DNA of 64,000 nt from assembly GCA_965228855.1 (NCBI GenBank), contig CBDDIJ010000005.1, forward strand, positions 576,001-640,000, given 5' to 3'. The notes under the pieces are model-generated. The model was not told where the DNA came from. It saw only the letters and a program-made list of their open reading frames with translations, and ran no database searches. This stretch comes from Candidatus Obscuribacterales bacterium. GTDB lineage: Bacteria > Cyanobacteriota > Vampirovibrionia > Obscuribacterales > Obscuribacteraceae. The position numbers were made by a program, and so were the translations under genes. Within the stretch, counting starts at the first letter, position 1. Each line of letters begins with the position of its first letter. Below are positions 39,149 to 48,723 of this stretch, in pieces.

Positions 39149-40330
39149 CTACTCATAATCCAACCTCCGAGCATTTTCTCGAATTTTTTCAGCCACCATA
39201 TGCGCTACCATCCTTCCCCCGGTTTCCGAAAAGTGACCCATGTCCAAATAATCATCAGGTTTAAAACCTTTTCCGATTACCGCACTATCTGCGCCTAAAA
39301 CCTTCCAGCGCTTCCTCGAAATTTCCAATATCCCGTCGTACTTTTCCAGCTGATCTGACGAGAAGCGATTTAAAATCAGAGGACTGTGTCGCGGTACAAA
39401 GACAATCGTATGCCGTAGAAGTTCTTGCGGAATCGTTCGATAGTTTTCATCCGCGTCGGCCCAACTTCGGGCAATGGGTTCCCAATCACCATCTGCATTT
39501 CGAAATGCGACTGAATTTTGCTCGCCGATCAATTCATTTTTTTTCGATTCGAGAAAGGAACCGTCAAGGTTCAAATGAGGTCTGTAAGTGTCAGCAAACG
39601 AGGCTCGCGGAGCCAGAAAATTCGGATGTGTCCCGCTGCACCATACCGTGAAAAAAAGGTTGTGACCAACCCATTGCCACAGTTCAGTGCTGCAGGTATA
39701 GAGGTCGACCTGCTTTCCTAAACTAAGATCTAATAGACTCTGATCGAAGTTTGAATGCAAAGCGTTCATATGTTCATCTAACGTTTGGGAACGCTTCGAG
39801 CTGTTGAGCAACAGCCCGTGATTTTTAAAATCAAAAAATTCGCGCCGAAGAAGAAGCCCGTCGGGAGCGCATATACGGCGGGGCTCAGCAGTTGTGACAT
39901 AGATAACTTTGCGATTCTGTTTCAACAACATCTCAGCCACCCAGGACCCCCCTTCGAAAGGAACGGCACCATCAAAGCTGTAGTTGACGACAAAATATTT
40001 TTCGCCAAGCCGCTGCTTCAGCTTTTCACTCCACAACTGCTCTTCGGTTTGTCCAAAGCCATTGAAAATGCTGTTACCACCAACAATTACAATCGTCTGG
40101 TCTCTGCGGGCAGGTTTCACGAGCGATACCATTTGACCGAGCGAAGGAAAGTACTGTGTATAGGGACTGATGTAAAAGTGGAATCGCTTGAAATTTTCGA
40201 TTTTCTGATTTTGCGAGCAAATGAAACCTGAAACACAACAGATCAGGAAACCCAACAGAGCGCCCACGAAGAATGGTTTCGGAGCTAAAAATTGTCCCGG
40301 GAAGCCGCTCTCCGGCAGTTTCAATTTCAT
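39149..40330 (-). CDS. Membrane-anchored SGNH-fold acyltransferase-like protein (DltD/AlgJ/PatB-like)
   Basis: N-terminal TM helix, IVGGNSI (block I Ser), NYSFDG and C-terminal DMGH (DxxH); starts 2 bp after the MBOAT stop. Confidence 0.65.
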   Translation of the reverse strand: MKLKLPESGFPGQFLAPKPFFVGALLGFLICCVSGFICSQNQKIENFKRFHFYISPYTQYFPSLGQMVSLVKPARRDQTIVIVGGNSIFNGFGQTEEQLWSEKLKQRLGEKYFVVNYSFDGAVPFEGGSWVAEMLLKQNRKVIYVTTAEPRRICAPDGLLLRREFFDFKNHGLLLNSSKRSQTLDEHMNALHSNFDQSLLDLSLGKQVDLYTCSTELWQWVGHNLFFTVWCSGTHPNFLAPRASFADTYRPHLNLDGSFLESKKNELIGEQNSVAFRNADGDWEPIARSWADADENYRTIPQELLRHTIVFVPRHSPLILNRFSSDQLEKYDGILEISRKRWKVLGADSAVIGKGFKPDDYLDMGHFSETGGRMVAHMVAEKIRENARRLDYE

Positions 40331-40332
40331 GC

Positions 40333-41532
40333 TCAGTTTATCCTCGTCGTGAATAACAAGCAGAATTTTTCGACTGCATCCCCCAACGGATAAAAGAAAA
40401 GCAAGCGGCTTACGAATACAAAAAACATGGTTACAAGCCAGGCCGAAATCGGAAATTTATCGAAGACAAGTCCGAGTATTCCGACCACCGGTATTTTTCT
40501 GTACAGAGCACAGATACACAGTCCGACACCATGGTAGATTCCCCAGGCGACGAAGTGCCACGCGGCGCCGTGCCACAACCCGCACAGGGACATAGCCAGA
40601 AATGCAGCGAAAACTTTGCGAAGCTTCGAGTGTTTTCCGCCGGCGATTGGAATGTATATGTAATCGCGAATCCAGGTGCTCAGTGAAATATGCCAGCGTC
40701 GCCAAAACTCTCGTATGCTGGTGGCTAAATAGGGCCAGTTGAAATTAGCAGGAATCTCAATTCCCATCATTCGAGCTAAACCAATTGCAATATCACTGTA
40801 GCCGCTGAAGTCAAAATAGATTCGCAGGTTTAAAACCACCAGCAGAAGCCAACGTTCTTCCAGACTAATTGTGCTGAAAATCAAATCCCTTGACTCTATA
40901 TATGGTGTCAGGTTATCCGCTAGCACAAGTTTCTTTCCATACCCGGTAGCAACTTGCAAAAGTCCGAGCATGATCTGAGTGGAAGAAATGGCGGTGAGTC
41001 CCTGCTTCAGCGCCGGAATAAACTGGTCGAACCGTTTCACTGGACCGGCAACAAGCGTTGGGAAGAAGAAAGTGAAAGCAGCGAAGTCAGCCGGCTTTTC
41101 TATGGGAGGCTTCTGTTTTCTTATCTCCAGCAAATAGTGTACGAATTCGAAAGTAAAAAAGCTGATAGCCAGTGGCGGGGTCAGGGGAAGGGTAGAACGG
41201 ACGAGAGAATGAAAAGTGTCCTTCGCCTCCGGAGTCAGAAATGCAAAAGCCTCGTCAGCAAAAAATAGCGAATACTTATAGTGGCAAAGTGCCAGAGTAC
41301 AAGCAAGTATGGCCGTGGCGCAAAAAAGACGGTTGGCGGAGCGTCCCGCGAGGTAAGTAAGCGAAGCTAGCACCACTATCGGTACCACGCCGGCGGCTCC
41401 GGCAAAGTGCATGTGGAATAGGAAACAGAAGCACAGCAGCAGCCACAAGCGGATTTTGGGCGTGCCTGCCAGCCAGTACAGCGGCAAAAACAACACCACG
41501 CCAACGAGAAACCAATACGTGTCAAAGATCAT
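40333..41532 (-). CDS. MBOAT-family O-acyltransferase (AlgI/DltB/PatA-like)
   Basis: PLAISFFTF, FFPTLVAGP, YFDFSGYSDIAIG, FWRRWHISLSTW and GLWHGA motifs. Confidence 0.94.
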   Translation of the reverse strand: MIFDTYWFLVGVVLFLPLYWLAGTPKIRLWLLLCFCFLFHMHFAGAAGVVPIVVLASLTYLAGRSANRLFCATAILACTLALCHYKYSLFFADEAFAFLTPEAKDTFHSLVRSTLPLTPPLAISFFTFEFVHYLLEIRKQKPPIEKPADFAAFTFFFPTLVAGPVKRFDQFIPALKQGLTAISSTQIMLGLLQVATGYGKKLVLADNLTPYIESRDLIFSTISLEERWLLLVVLNLRIYFDFSGYSDIAIGLARMMGIEIPANFNWPYLATSIREFWRRWHISLSTWIRDYIYIPIAGGKHSKLRKVFAAFLAMSLCGLWHGAAWHFVAWGIYHGVGLCICALYRKIPVVGILGLVFDKFPISAWLVTMFFVFVSRLLFFYPLGDAVEKFCLLFTTRIN

Positions 41533-41542
41533 GGCTGGAAAA

Positions 41543-42994
41543 CTACTTTACGGATGTCTTCTCTTTAGCATCCTCACGCTTATCGCGTTTACCATTCGTC
41601 CTGGTTGATTCGGATTTGCTCCCTTTACTCCCGGCTCCTCGACTGGACTTATCATCCACTTTGGCTTCAACCTTTTTTTGCGCTTTGATCTGAGAATTTT
41701 CAGACTTTTTGATTTTGTCCTCAATCCAGCCCTCGTCGTGCTTGGCGCTTATGTAGTCCGGGTGGGAGGTCCCAAGTAGTGTTTTAAGAACGGATACTTC
41801 TCGCTTCGAGTAGAGAAAAGCGAGCTGCATATCGTTCTTTTGCTGATGCAAACGCGACAGTTTCTTCAAGCTATGAGCGACCTCGATATGTTTATCGCCC
41901 AGGAGCTTTTTGCGTATATCCAGAGCCTGTTCCGCATCTGCTATGGCCGGGTCCAATTTGTCCTGCCTGCGATGAGCGTCAGAAAGGCGGTCATAAGACT
42001 CGGCGACCATAATGTGGTCAGGTCCAAGTGACGTTTTCAAAAGACGCAACTCTTCCTCGATCAGGGGAATCGCTTTTTCTGTTTGACTATTATCCTGATA
42101 GCAGCGAATCAAATCCCGCATGGCACGCGCGACTTCGACTTTCTCAGAAGCGAGAAGGACGCGTTTGGTTTCCAAACTTTCTTCGTACAAAGGAATTGCT
42201 TTGTCGAATTGACGCTCTCGAGAATACAAGGAAGCAATCTCATCAAGGTTTCTAACCGTCTGCAGATGGTCTTTTCCGAGAACGGATCTCCTGATCTTCA
42301 GAGCCTTCTCAAACCAATTTCGAGCATCACCGAATTTATGTTCATCTCGCTTCAATCGACCGATCTGGTCGTACGCATCTGCTACACGGAGGCTATTTGC
42401 ACCATAACCTTTCTTGCGAAGCTCGACCATGCGTTCATACCAGGGCATAGCTTCCTCGTACTGCTCACGGTCCGAATAGAGTCTAGCCATCAAGGATACC
42501 GGACGCTCCAGACCGTCAAAATCTTTTCCATTCACCTTCTCACGAATGGCGATGGTGCGCCGCAAAATCGGTTGAACAGAGTCATATTTGCGCTGGTCCC
42601 AAAGAGTATAAGCAAGATCTTCAAGGTTGCGGGCAATCGCTTCGCTATCAGCACTGAGTGATTGTTCTCGGCGCGCGAGAGCTTTCCGATAGAATTCCTC
42701 GGCTTCTCTGAATTTGTTTTGTCGCTTGTAGAGCTGAGCGATATTACTTAAACTTTGAGCAACGAGGTCGTCTTCAGCCTTAAGTGTTTCCGCAGAGTCA
42801 AGCGCAGCATTATATTCGGATAGCGCCTTATCTATTTTTCCTGAACGCATCAAATCATTGGCAGCATCAGTGTGTTTGCGCCACTCGTTATCTGCAGCGA
42901 AAGCGCAGCTGTTGATGATGAGAAGTTCAATCAAAAGGGCTACCGGAATTCGAAAAAAGGCGACCGTCAATTTGGGAGTCGAAAACTTAGGCAT
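41543..42994 (-). CDS. Exported tetratricopeptide repeat protein (kinesin-light-chain-type 42-aa TPRs)
   Basis: Signal-peptide-like N-terminus; repeated A(Q/R)SLxNxAxLY...ALxIRxxxLG units. Confidence 0.88.
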   Translation of the reverse strand: MPKFSTPKLTVAFFRIPVALLIELLIINSCAFAADNEWRKHTDAANDLMRSGKIDKALSEYNAALDSAETLKAEDDLVAQSLSNIAQLYKRQNKFREAEEFYRKALARREQSLSADSEAIARNLEDLAYTLWDQRKYDSVQPILRRTIAIREKVNGKDFDGLERPVSLMARLYSDREQYEEAMPWYERMVELRKKGYGANSLRVADAYDQIGRLKRDEHKFGDARNWFEKALKIRRSVLGKDHLQTVRNLDEIASLYSRERQFDKAIPLYEESLETKRVLLASEKVEVARAMRDLIRCYQDNSQTEKAIPLIEEELRLLKTSLGPDHIMVAESYDRLSDAHRRQDKLDPAIADAEQALDIRKKLLGDKHIEVAHSLKKLSRLHQQKNDMQLAFLYSKREVSVLKTLLGTSHPDYISAKHDEGWIEDKIKKSENSQIKAQKKVEAKVDDKSSRGAGSKGSKSESTRTNGKRDKREDAKEKTSVK

Positions 42995-43065
42995 GAAAGA
43001 GCCCTCGCAACGCGGATCTGAAGAACATAGTTTCCCATAAAATCGATGAAAATACGTAACGGAAA

Positions 43066-44205
43066 CTAAATTATGTCTGAGTAGGTTGCGTGATGATCGG
43101 TGAGCAACTGCCGAGCAAAGTCTATATCGAGATGAGCGGAGCGCGCATAACGCTCGGCTTCTGAATAATCGCCACTGGCAAGCAAACTGCGCGCCCGGCT
43201 GACATAGGTGCTCACGACGCTCAAGCGGCGAACCACTCCGACTTCCTCGTCCTTATCGCGCAAAAGTCGCTGAAGGCGAGCCACACGACGTTTGAAGTCT
43301 TGGGTAGGATCATCGAGTTCTTCGAGAATTCCGGACTCATCCTCGGGCTCCGGTCCACTATTCGGATACCTGGCATATTCGATCAAACGGGCTGCCATGC
43401 GCAACTCCATTGAACCAGCTTTGGCCATGCGACCAACATCATCAGAGTCAGAGTCCTGATACGAGATAATGCATTGGTCGAGAGTTCGCCGCGCGGCATC
43501 AATGTACAGCTTGATTCGACCGTGTGCCACCACAGACGCCTCTGCAAGAAATTTCTGGGTCTCAGCATATTGATCGATGAGAGACACGATTCTAGGAACC
43601 GCAGAACCACGGCAGCGCTGGAGCGTCTCAGGTTCCACAACTCGAGACTGAAGCTTATCCTCCAGCTCTCGACCGAGAAGATACATATAGAGCAGCCCAG
43701 CGTGAGCAGCCAGCTCAGCCGAGGTTGATTCGCCGTTCTCGACGTGATTGATCGCGTCGAAATATAAACGAACGACTTCGGCAAGACGCTCTTTCTGCTC
43801 GGAGCTCACCTCGGCGTTGGTATATTCGACGCTCGCTTTGAAACGTGTAATAGCCTCGGAGAGTTCAATCACAGTTTGTTCCGTGCTCTCGTCATCAAGC
43901 AATGGCTCAGTAATTCGTCCATTCGAGTCACTGAGATGGAGCATCGCCATGCTCAAAAATTTGAGTCCCTGTTTACAGTACTGAAAGCACAGTTGCGGCT
44001 CTCCGTCTTTGAGGTGGTAGATTGCCTCTTGATACGCATCCTCCGCCTTATCGATGCACTTGCGAGCCAGCGATTTAAAGGGACTATCGGACGCCCGAAC
44101 CTTCTGACGCGCCTCGGTCATCGCCTCGACAACTACGCTCATCAGTTGCTGCGAGCGCTTCCCCGACATCCACTTCGACCAAAATTTGGTGAGATCTTCA
44201 AGCAC
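43066..44205 (-). CDS. Hypothetical all-helical protein with four internal repeats
   Basis: 379 aa; start overlaps the stop of the upstream 145-aa gene. Confidence 0.7.
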   Translation of the reverse strand: MLEDLTKFWSKWMSGKRSQQLMSVVVEAMTEARQKVRASDSPFKSLARKCIDKAEDAYQEAIYHLKDGEPQLCFQYCKQGLKFLSMAMLHLSDSNGRITEPLLDDESTEQTVIELSEAITRFKASVEYTNAEVSSEQKERLAEVVRLYFDAINHVENGESTSAELAAHAGLLYMYLLGRELEDKLQSRVVEPETLQRCRGSAVPRIVSLIDQYAETQKFLAEASVVAHGRIKLYIDAARRTLDQCIISYQDSDSDDVGRMAKAGSMELRMAARLIEYARYPNSGPEPEDESGILEELDDPTQDFKRRVARLQRLLRDKDEEVGVVRRLSVVSTYVSRARSLLASGDYSEAERYARSAHLDIDFARQLLTDHHATYSDII

Positions 44206-44635
44206 GTTTGATCGACTGCTCCTTTATCTCGGCACGCAAATTGACGATCTCTTCTTGCAGTTCCGCCAGCTCTTCTTCGGCAAACTGCCGCCATTCACTG
44301 TCCGGCAGATCTTCAAGTTCGAGAAAGACGCCTTCGCCCAGGTAATGCTCGGTCGTCTCCGCGTCGAACAAGCCGCGTGCGAAGTGCGCATGAAGCCAAG
44401 CCACTTTGCACGCAGTGTCCGCTTCCTTGAATTCTTCATCGGCGATGAGTTCCACGGCTTTTTCAATCGCGGCTAAACCACTGGTGATACCATTCTCAAT
44501 GATATGACTCTTCCGAAAGCCGGAAGCCTCGAAGTCCAGCTTCAACTTCGCGATAAACTGCTCAACAAGCGTTAAGCGCTCCATGACCTTCAATTCGGTC
44601 GGTATTTTGCTTTTTGAGTTTCCCTTGCTTGACAT
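44198..44635 (-). CDS. Hypothetical helical protein
   Basis: 145 aa; one copy of the repeat unit plus a C-terminal coiled coil. Confidence 0.7.
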   Translation of the reverse strand: MSSKGNSKSKIPTELKVMERLTLVEQFIAKLKLDFEASGFRKSHIIENGITSGLAAIEKAVELIADEEFKEADTACKVAWLHAHFARGLFDAETTEHYLGEGVFLELEDLPDSEWRQFAEEELAELQEEIVNLRAEIKEQSIKRA

Positions 44636-44793
44636 TATGATGGCAGGGTCCGACTGTTGGACGAGGAACGTGGAGCTTGGTAAGAATTACTGGTTTTACA
44701 GCATAGTACGGCGACGACGATAATCATACAGCACCCATCTTGACATCTATCAATTTTAAGCCTTTCTTAGTCAGTGTGCTAAACTTCAACACC

Positions 44794-45288
44794 ATGGATA
44801 GCCTCAAATCCCGCGAAATACTGGAATTACTGTCAAACGACTCGCGCACCTCGGCCGAGACAATTGCCGGAATGCTTGGGCTGGCGCCATCTCAAGTCAA
44901 AAGCGAAATCGATAGATTCGAGCAAGAAGGCATCATAAAGCACTACGGCTCCACGATTGACTGGGAAAAAGCGGGCATCGAGAAAATCGTCGCATTTGTA
45001 GACATCGATGTTGTTCCGGCTCGTGAGGTTGGATTCGACGCAATTGCTCTGCGTATCGCCAAGCATCCGGAAGTGAAACATGCCTGGCTGGTGTCTGGCG
45101 GTTGCGATTTGAGCATTATGGTGGAAGCAAACAGTCTCAAAGAAGTGGCAAACTTTGTAGCTGAAAAAATCGCCACTATTGACGGTGTTACAGGTACAAA
45201 CACCCACTTCCTTTTGCGAAAATACAAAGAAGACAATGTTCTGTTCGGCGACCTGGAACCGGACAGCCGCCTAGTAGTATCGCCTTAG
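44794..45288 (+). CDS. Lrp/AsnC-family transcriptional regulator
   Basis: EILELLSNDSRTS HTH, GIIKHY and LVSGGCDL RAM-domain motif; ATG at 44794 preferred; paired with an aminotransferase as in the Bacillus yugG-yugH arrangement. Confidence 0.9.
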   Translation: MDSLKSREILELLSNDSRTSAETIAGMLGLAPSQVKSEIDRFEQEGIIKHYGSTIDWEKAGIEKIVAFVDIDVVPAREVGFDAIALRIAKHPEVKHAWLVSGGCDLSIMVEANSLKEVANFVAEKIATIDGVTGTNTHFLLRKYKEDNVLFGDLEPDSRLVVSP

Positions 45289-45304
45289 GCAGAGACTTGC
45301 GGCG

Positions 45305-46540
45305 ATGAACAAAGACGATTCAAATCCTCAAACTTTCAAGGGACTGTCGAAAACGGCAGCAGAATTGCCTCAGTCAGGTATTCGAAGATTCTTCGACATT
45401 GCGTCGCAGATGAAGAACGTCATTTCACTCGGCGTGGGCGAACCGGATTTTCCGACGCCGTGGACGGTTCGCGAAGCCGCAATTTATTCGATTGAAAAGG
45501 GTCAAACAACTTATACTTCGAACCTGGGTCTGATAGAGCTTCGCCGCGAAATCAGCAAGCACGGTATGAAACGCTATCAGGTCGAGTACAATCCAGAGAC
45601 AGAAATCCTCGTTACAACAGGAGTGGCTCAGGGACTGGATCTCGTAGCAAGAGCATTACTGGATCCGGGTGACGAGGTGCTCATTCCCGAGCCCTGTTTC
45701 GTATCGTACAAACCGTGCGTTTCACTTGCCGGCGGGGTACCAGTGCCAATTGAAACGACCAGTGAAAACAACTTTCAGGTCTCCATAGAATCACTCGAAG
45801 CAAAAGTGACACCACGCACCAAGGCAGTTTTGATCGGTCATCCATCCAATCCGACGGGGGCGGCGTTGCAACGCAAGACGCTGGAAGAGATCGTCGATTT
45901 CGCTTGCCGGCACGGGCTCTACATAATCAGCGACGAAATCTACGACCGCCTGACCTACGACGGCGAGCACGTCATGGTGGCGTCGCTGCCAAATGCTTTT
46001 GACAGAACTATCACGCTAAACGGTTTTTCGAAAACCTACGCGATGACCGGTTGGCGCATAGGGTACGCTTGCGCTCCGGCAAACATTCTGCACACCATGA
46101 TGAAAATTCATTCGTACACTATGTTATCCGCACCTACGCCCGGACAGAAAGCCGCATTAGAAGCCATGCGCAGAGGCGAAAAATATGCCAGCGCAATGGC
46201 AGCGGAATACAAGCGACGACGCAATTTGATTGTGGATGGTTTTAACGCGATGGGACTGGATTGCCCCATGCCGGGCGGAGCGTTCTACGCCTTTCCGAGC
46301 ATCCGTGCCACTGGACTATCTTCCGAGCAGTTTGCCGAGCAACTCCTGTACTCTCAGCAAGTAGCTGTAGTGCCTGGCAACGCATTTGGTCTTGGCGGAG
46401 AAGGTCATGTTAGATGCAGTTACGCAACAGACGCCAGTTTGATAAAGAAGGCTCTGGAGCGCATTGAACTTTTCATAGACTCCTTACCAGGTGTTTCGAT
46501 AAAAAACGATCTTCTAGAAACATCTGATCAGCTTGTTTAG
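45305..46540 (+). CDS. PLP-dependent aminotransferase class I/II (YugH/AlaT-like)
   Basis: SGIRRFFD, LGVGEPDF, PSNPTG, SDEIY and GFSKTYAMTGWRIG motifs. Confidence 0.93.
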   Translation: MNKDDSNPQTFKGLSKTAAELPQSGIRRFFDIASQMKNVISLGVGEPDFPTPWTVREAAIYSIEKGQTTYTSNLGLIELRREISKHGMKRYQVEYNPETEILVTTGVAQGLDLVARALLDPGDEVLIPEPCFVSYKPCVSLAGGVPVPIETTSENNFQVSIESLEAKVTPRTKAVLIGHPSNPTGAALQRKTLEEIVDFACRHGLYIISDEIYDRLTYDGEHVMVASLPNAFDRTITLNGFSKTYAMTGWRIGYACAPANILHTMMKIHSYTMLSAPTPGQKAALEAMRRGEKYASAMAAEYKRRRNLIVDGFNAMGLDCPMPGGAFYAFPSIRATGLSSEQFAEQLLYSQQVAVVPGNAFGLGGEGHVRCSYATDASLIKKALERIELFIDSLPGVSIKNDLLETSDQLV

Positions 46541-46583
46541 AGCCCGTCTCATCCGTTTGATACAAGGTATTTCCGGGAATTAA

Positions 46584-48560
46584 ATGGTGTCGGAGAATCA
46601 CGCCATGTCAGACGCTCGCGTTGCATTTCCAACTTCGCTAACTGAGCGCTACAAAGATCCGCGCTTCATCGGAGCCGGCGGAGCCAGCACCGTGTACGCG
46701 GCACACGACTCTAATCTCAATAAAGAAGTAGCAATCAAAATTCTCGGTCCCAGACCAAGCGGCCAAAAACTTCTGCGGTTTCAACAAGAAGCGAAAGTGA
46801 TTGGCCGGCTGTCCCATCCCAACATCGTCACGGCTATAGACTTCGGTGTTGTGGACGAGAACTTCGCGTACATGGTTATGGACCTTGTCGGCGACTGCAG
46901 CCTGGAAGCGTTTATCAGCAGTGGTGAAGAGATTTCGGTGACAAAGTCAATCGAGATTTTCAGACAGATCGCTATCGCCATGACTCATGCCCATGCACAT
47001 AACGTCCTGCATCGCGATCTAAAACCAGGCAACGTGCTCCTGGACACCCCCGCGGCAACACACCCGCGGATCAAAGTAGCTGATTTCGGCGTTGCAAAAA
47101 TCATAGGCACACCATTTTTTGTCACCACAGGCAATATCTTCATCGGCACACCGAGCTACATGAGCCCGGAGCAGTTTCGGGCACAAGATGTCGACGAGCG
47201 CTCCGACATTTATTCTTTCGGATGCCTGATGTTTGAAACACTAAAGGGTACCGTTCCGTTTCCAGGAGACGCCGCAGCTGAACTTGCAGAAAAGCACGCG
47301 AACGAACCAGTGCCACCGTGCACGGTGACTGCGTACGGAGAAGAAATTCCCAACCGCTTGCAAGAGATAATTAGAAAGTGTTTGGAGAAAAAACCGGAAA
47401 ATCGTTTCGACACCTTCGAGACGGTAGAGAGATACCTTTCGGCGCTATCTGCGGAACAATCATCGTCAGTACGGCCTGTGGTTCAAGAGCGCGCCAAGCT
47501 CGCAGCACGAGAACCCTATTTGGTATCAAGCACCACTAGCCAGTATCAGGCAGCCGACACTGGTGCAACCAGAAAACTAATGATCGCCATCACGACATTA
47601 GTAGTGTCGCTAGCGGCGCTTATCTGCTACAGCCTGACGGGAGAACACTCAAGCTTCAGCCTGATTGGTTCAGAGACGCTCTCCCGAACAGGCTCTGGCG
47701 ACGGCACGAAGGATGGTTCAAGCAAGGAATTAGAAAAGAAGCAATCCGTTGATCTATCGGCTCAACTAGAGGAAGAACACAAAGAGCGACGCTCATGGCG
47801 TAATCGCGACATCCAGCTGCCGGCTTCTATGCTAAAGGGCTCGACCGACGAACTTCTAGATAGAGCCAAAAAACAAATCGATAAAAAACGGTATAGCTTC
47901 GCTTGCGGCTATCTCGATCATGTTTTAAAACTAGAGCCGAATAATTTCAGAGCGCTAAAGCTGCGAGGTGATGCGAGAAAGAATTTAAACGACGTCAATG
48001 GTGCACTTAGCGACATCACCGCAGCACTTTTTCTGCGACCGGATGATTCGGAGCTGTTATACAGAAGGGCTATGCTTCGCCGCGAAACCAGCGATTTAAA
48101 CGGAACAATAGAAGACTTGAATCTGGCGATAGAAAAGGAACCGAATAATTCCAAGTATTTCTTCCAGCGTGGTGATAGCTACATGGAAATAGGCAAAACA
48201 AAAGAAGCGTTCGAGGACCTGACGCGATCGATCTCGCTGAAACCAAGCGAGGCCGCATATCGGAGCAGAGGCAAACTAAGCCAGCTCAACGGAAAATTTA
48301 GAGAAGCCATCGACGACTTCTCCAGAGCAATGGAGGCGAATCCCGGGAGCGCCGAACTCCGCTTCCTGAGGGGAAACTCATACAACGAACTCGGAGAATA
48401 TCAGAAGGCGGTAGCAGATTACACTGCTGCAATTTCTAGAAACAGTGGTAATGCCAACTTCTACAAGATGCGAGCAAATGCCTATGAACAGCTGGGAGAT
48501 CCAGGCAAAGCCAGGGCTGATAGAAGCGTTCCAATCGATGACTTCAAAATCGGTCGTTGA
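46584..48560 (+). CDS. Ser/Thr kinase - TM - TPR receptor-like protein
   Basis: IGAGGASTVY, VAIK, HRDLKPGN, DFG and GTPSYMSPEQ; TM LMIAITTLVVSLAALICY; about 6-7 34-aa TPRs. Confidence 0.92.
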   Translation: MVSENHAMSDARVAFPTSLTERYKDPRFIGAGGASTVYAAHDSNLNKEVAIKILGPRPSGQKLLRFQQEAKVIGRLSHPNIVTAIDFGVVDENFAYMVMDLVGDCSLEAFISSGEEISVTKSIEIFRQIAIAMTHAHAHNVLHRDLKPGNVLLDTPAATHPRIKVADFGVAKIIGTPFFVTTGNIFIGTPSYMSPEQFRAQDVDERSDIYSFGCLMFETLKGTVPFPGDAAAELAEKHANEPVPPCTVTAYGEEIPNRLQEIIRKCLEKKPENRFDTFETVERYLSALSAEQSSSVRPVVQERAKLAAREPYLVSSTTSQYQAADTGATRKLMIAITTLVVSLAALICYSLTGEHSSFSLIGSETLSRTGSGDGTKDGSSKELEKKQSVDLSAQLEEEHKERRSWRNRDIQLPASMLKGSTDELLDRAKKQIDKKRYSFACGYLDHVLKLEPNNFRALKLRGDARKNLNDVNGALSDITAALFLRPDDSELLYRRAMLRRETSDLNGTIEDLNLAIEKEPNNSKYFFQRGDSYMEIGKTKEAFEDLTRSISLKPSEAAYRSRGKLSQLNGKFREAIDDFSRAMEANPGSAELRFLRGNSYNELGEYQKAVADYTAAISRNSGNANFYKMRANAYEQLGDPGKARADRSVPIDDFKIGR

Positions 48561-48723
48561 ACAATAAGAAAGGAAAGCAAATCGAAAGGTCCATCCTCAA
48601 ATGATCGACCTATCAAGTCGGCGGGAAATAAATTTGATAACCTTTATAGATCAGCTATTGATGCTGACAAGAGACGAGATTGCGAGATTTCATGATCTGG
48701 CGGCTTAGTACGGAGACAGGCGA

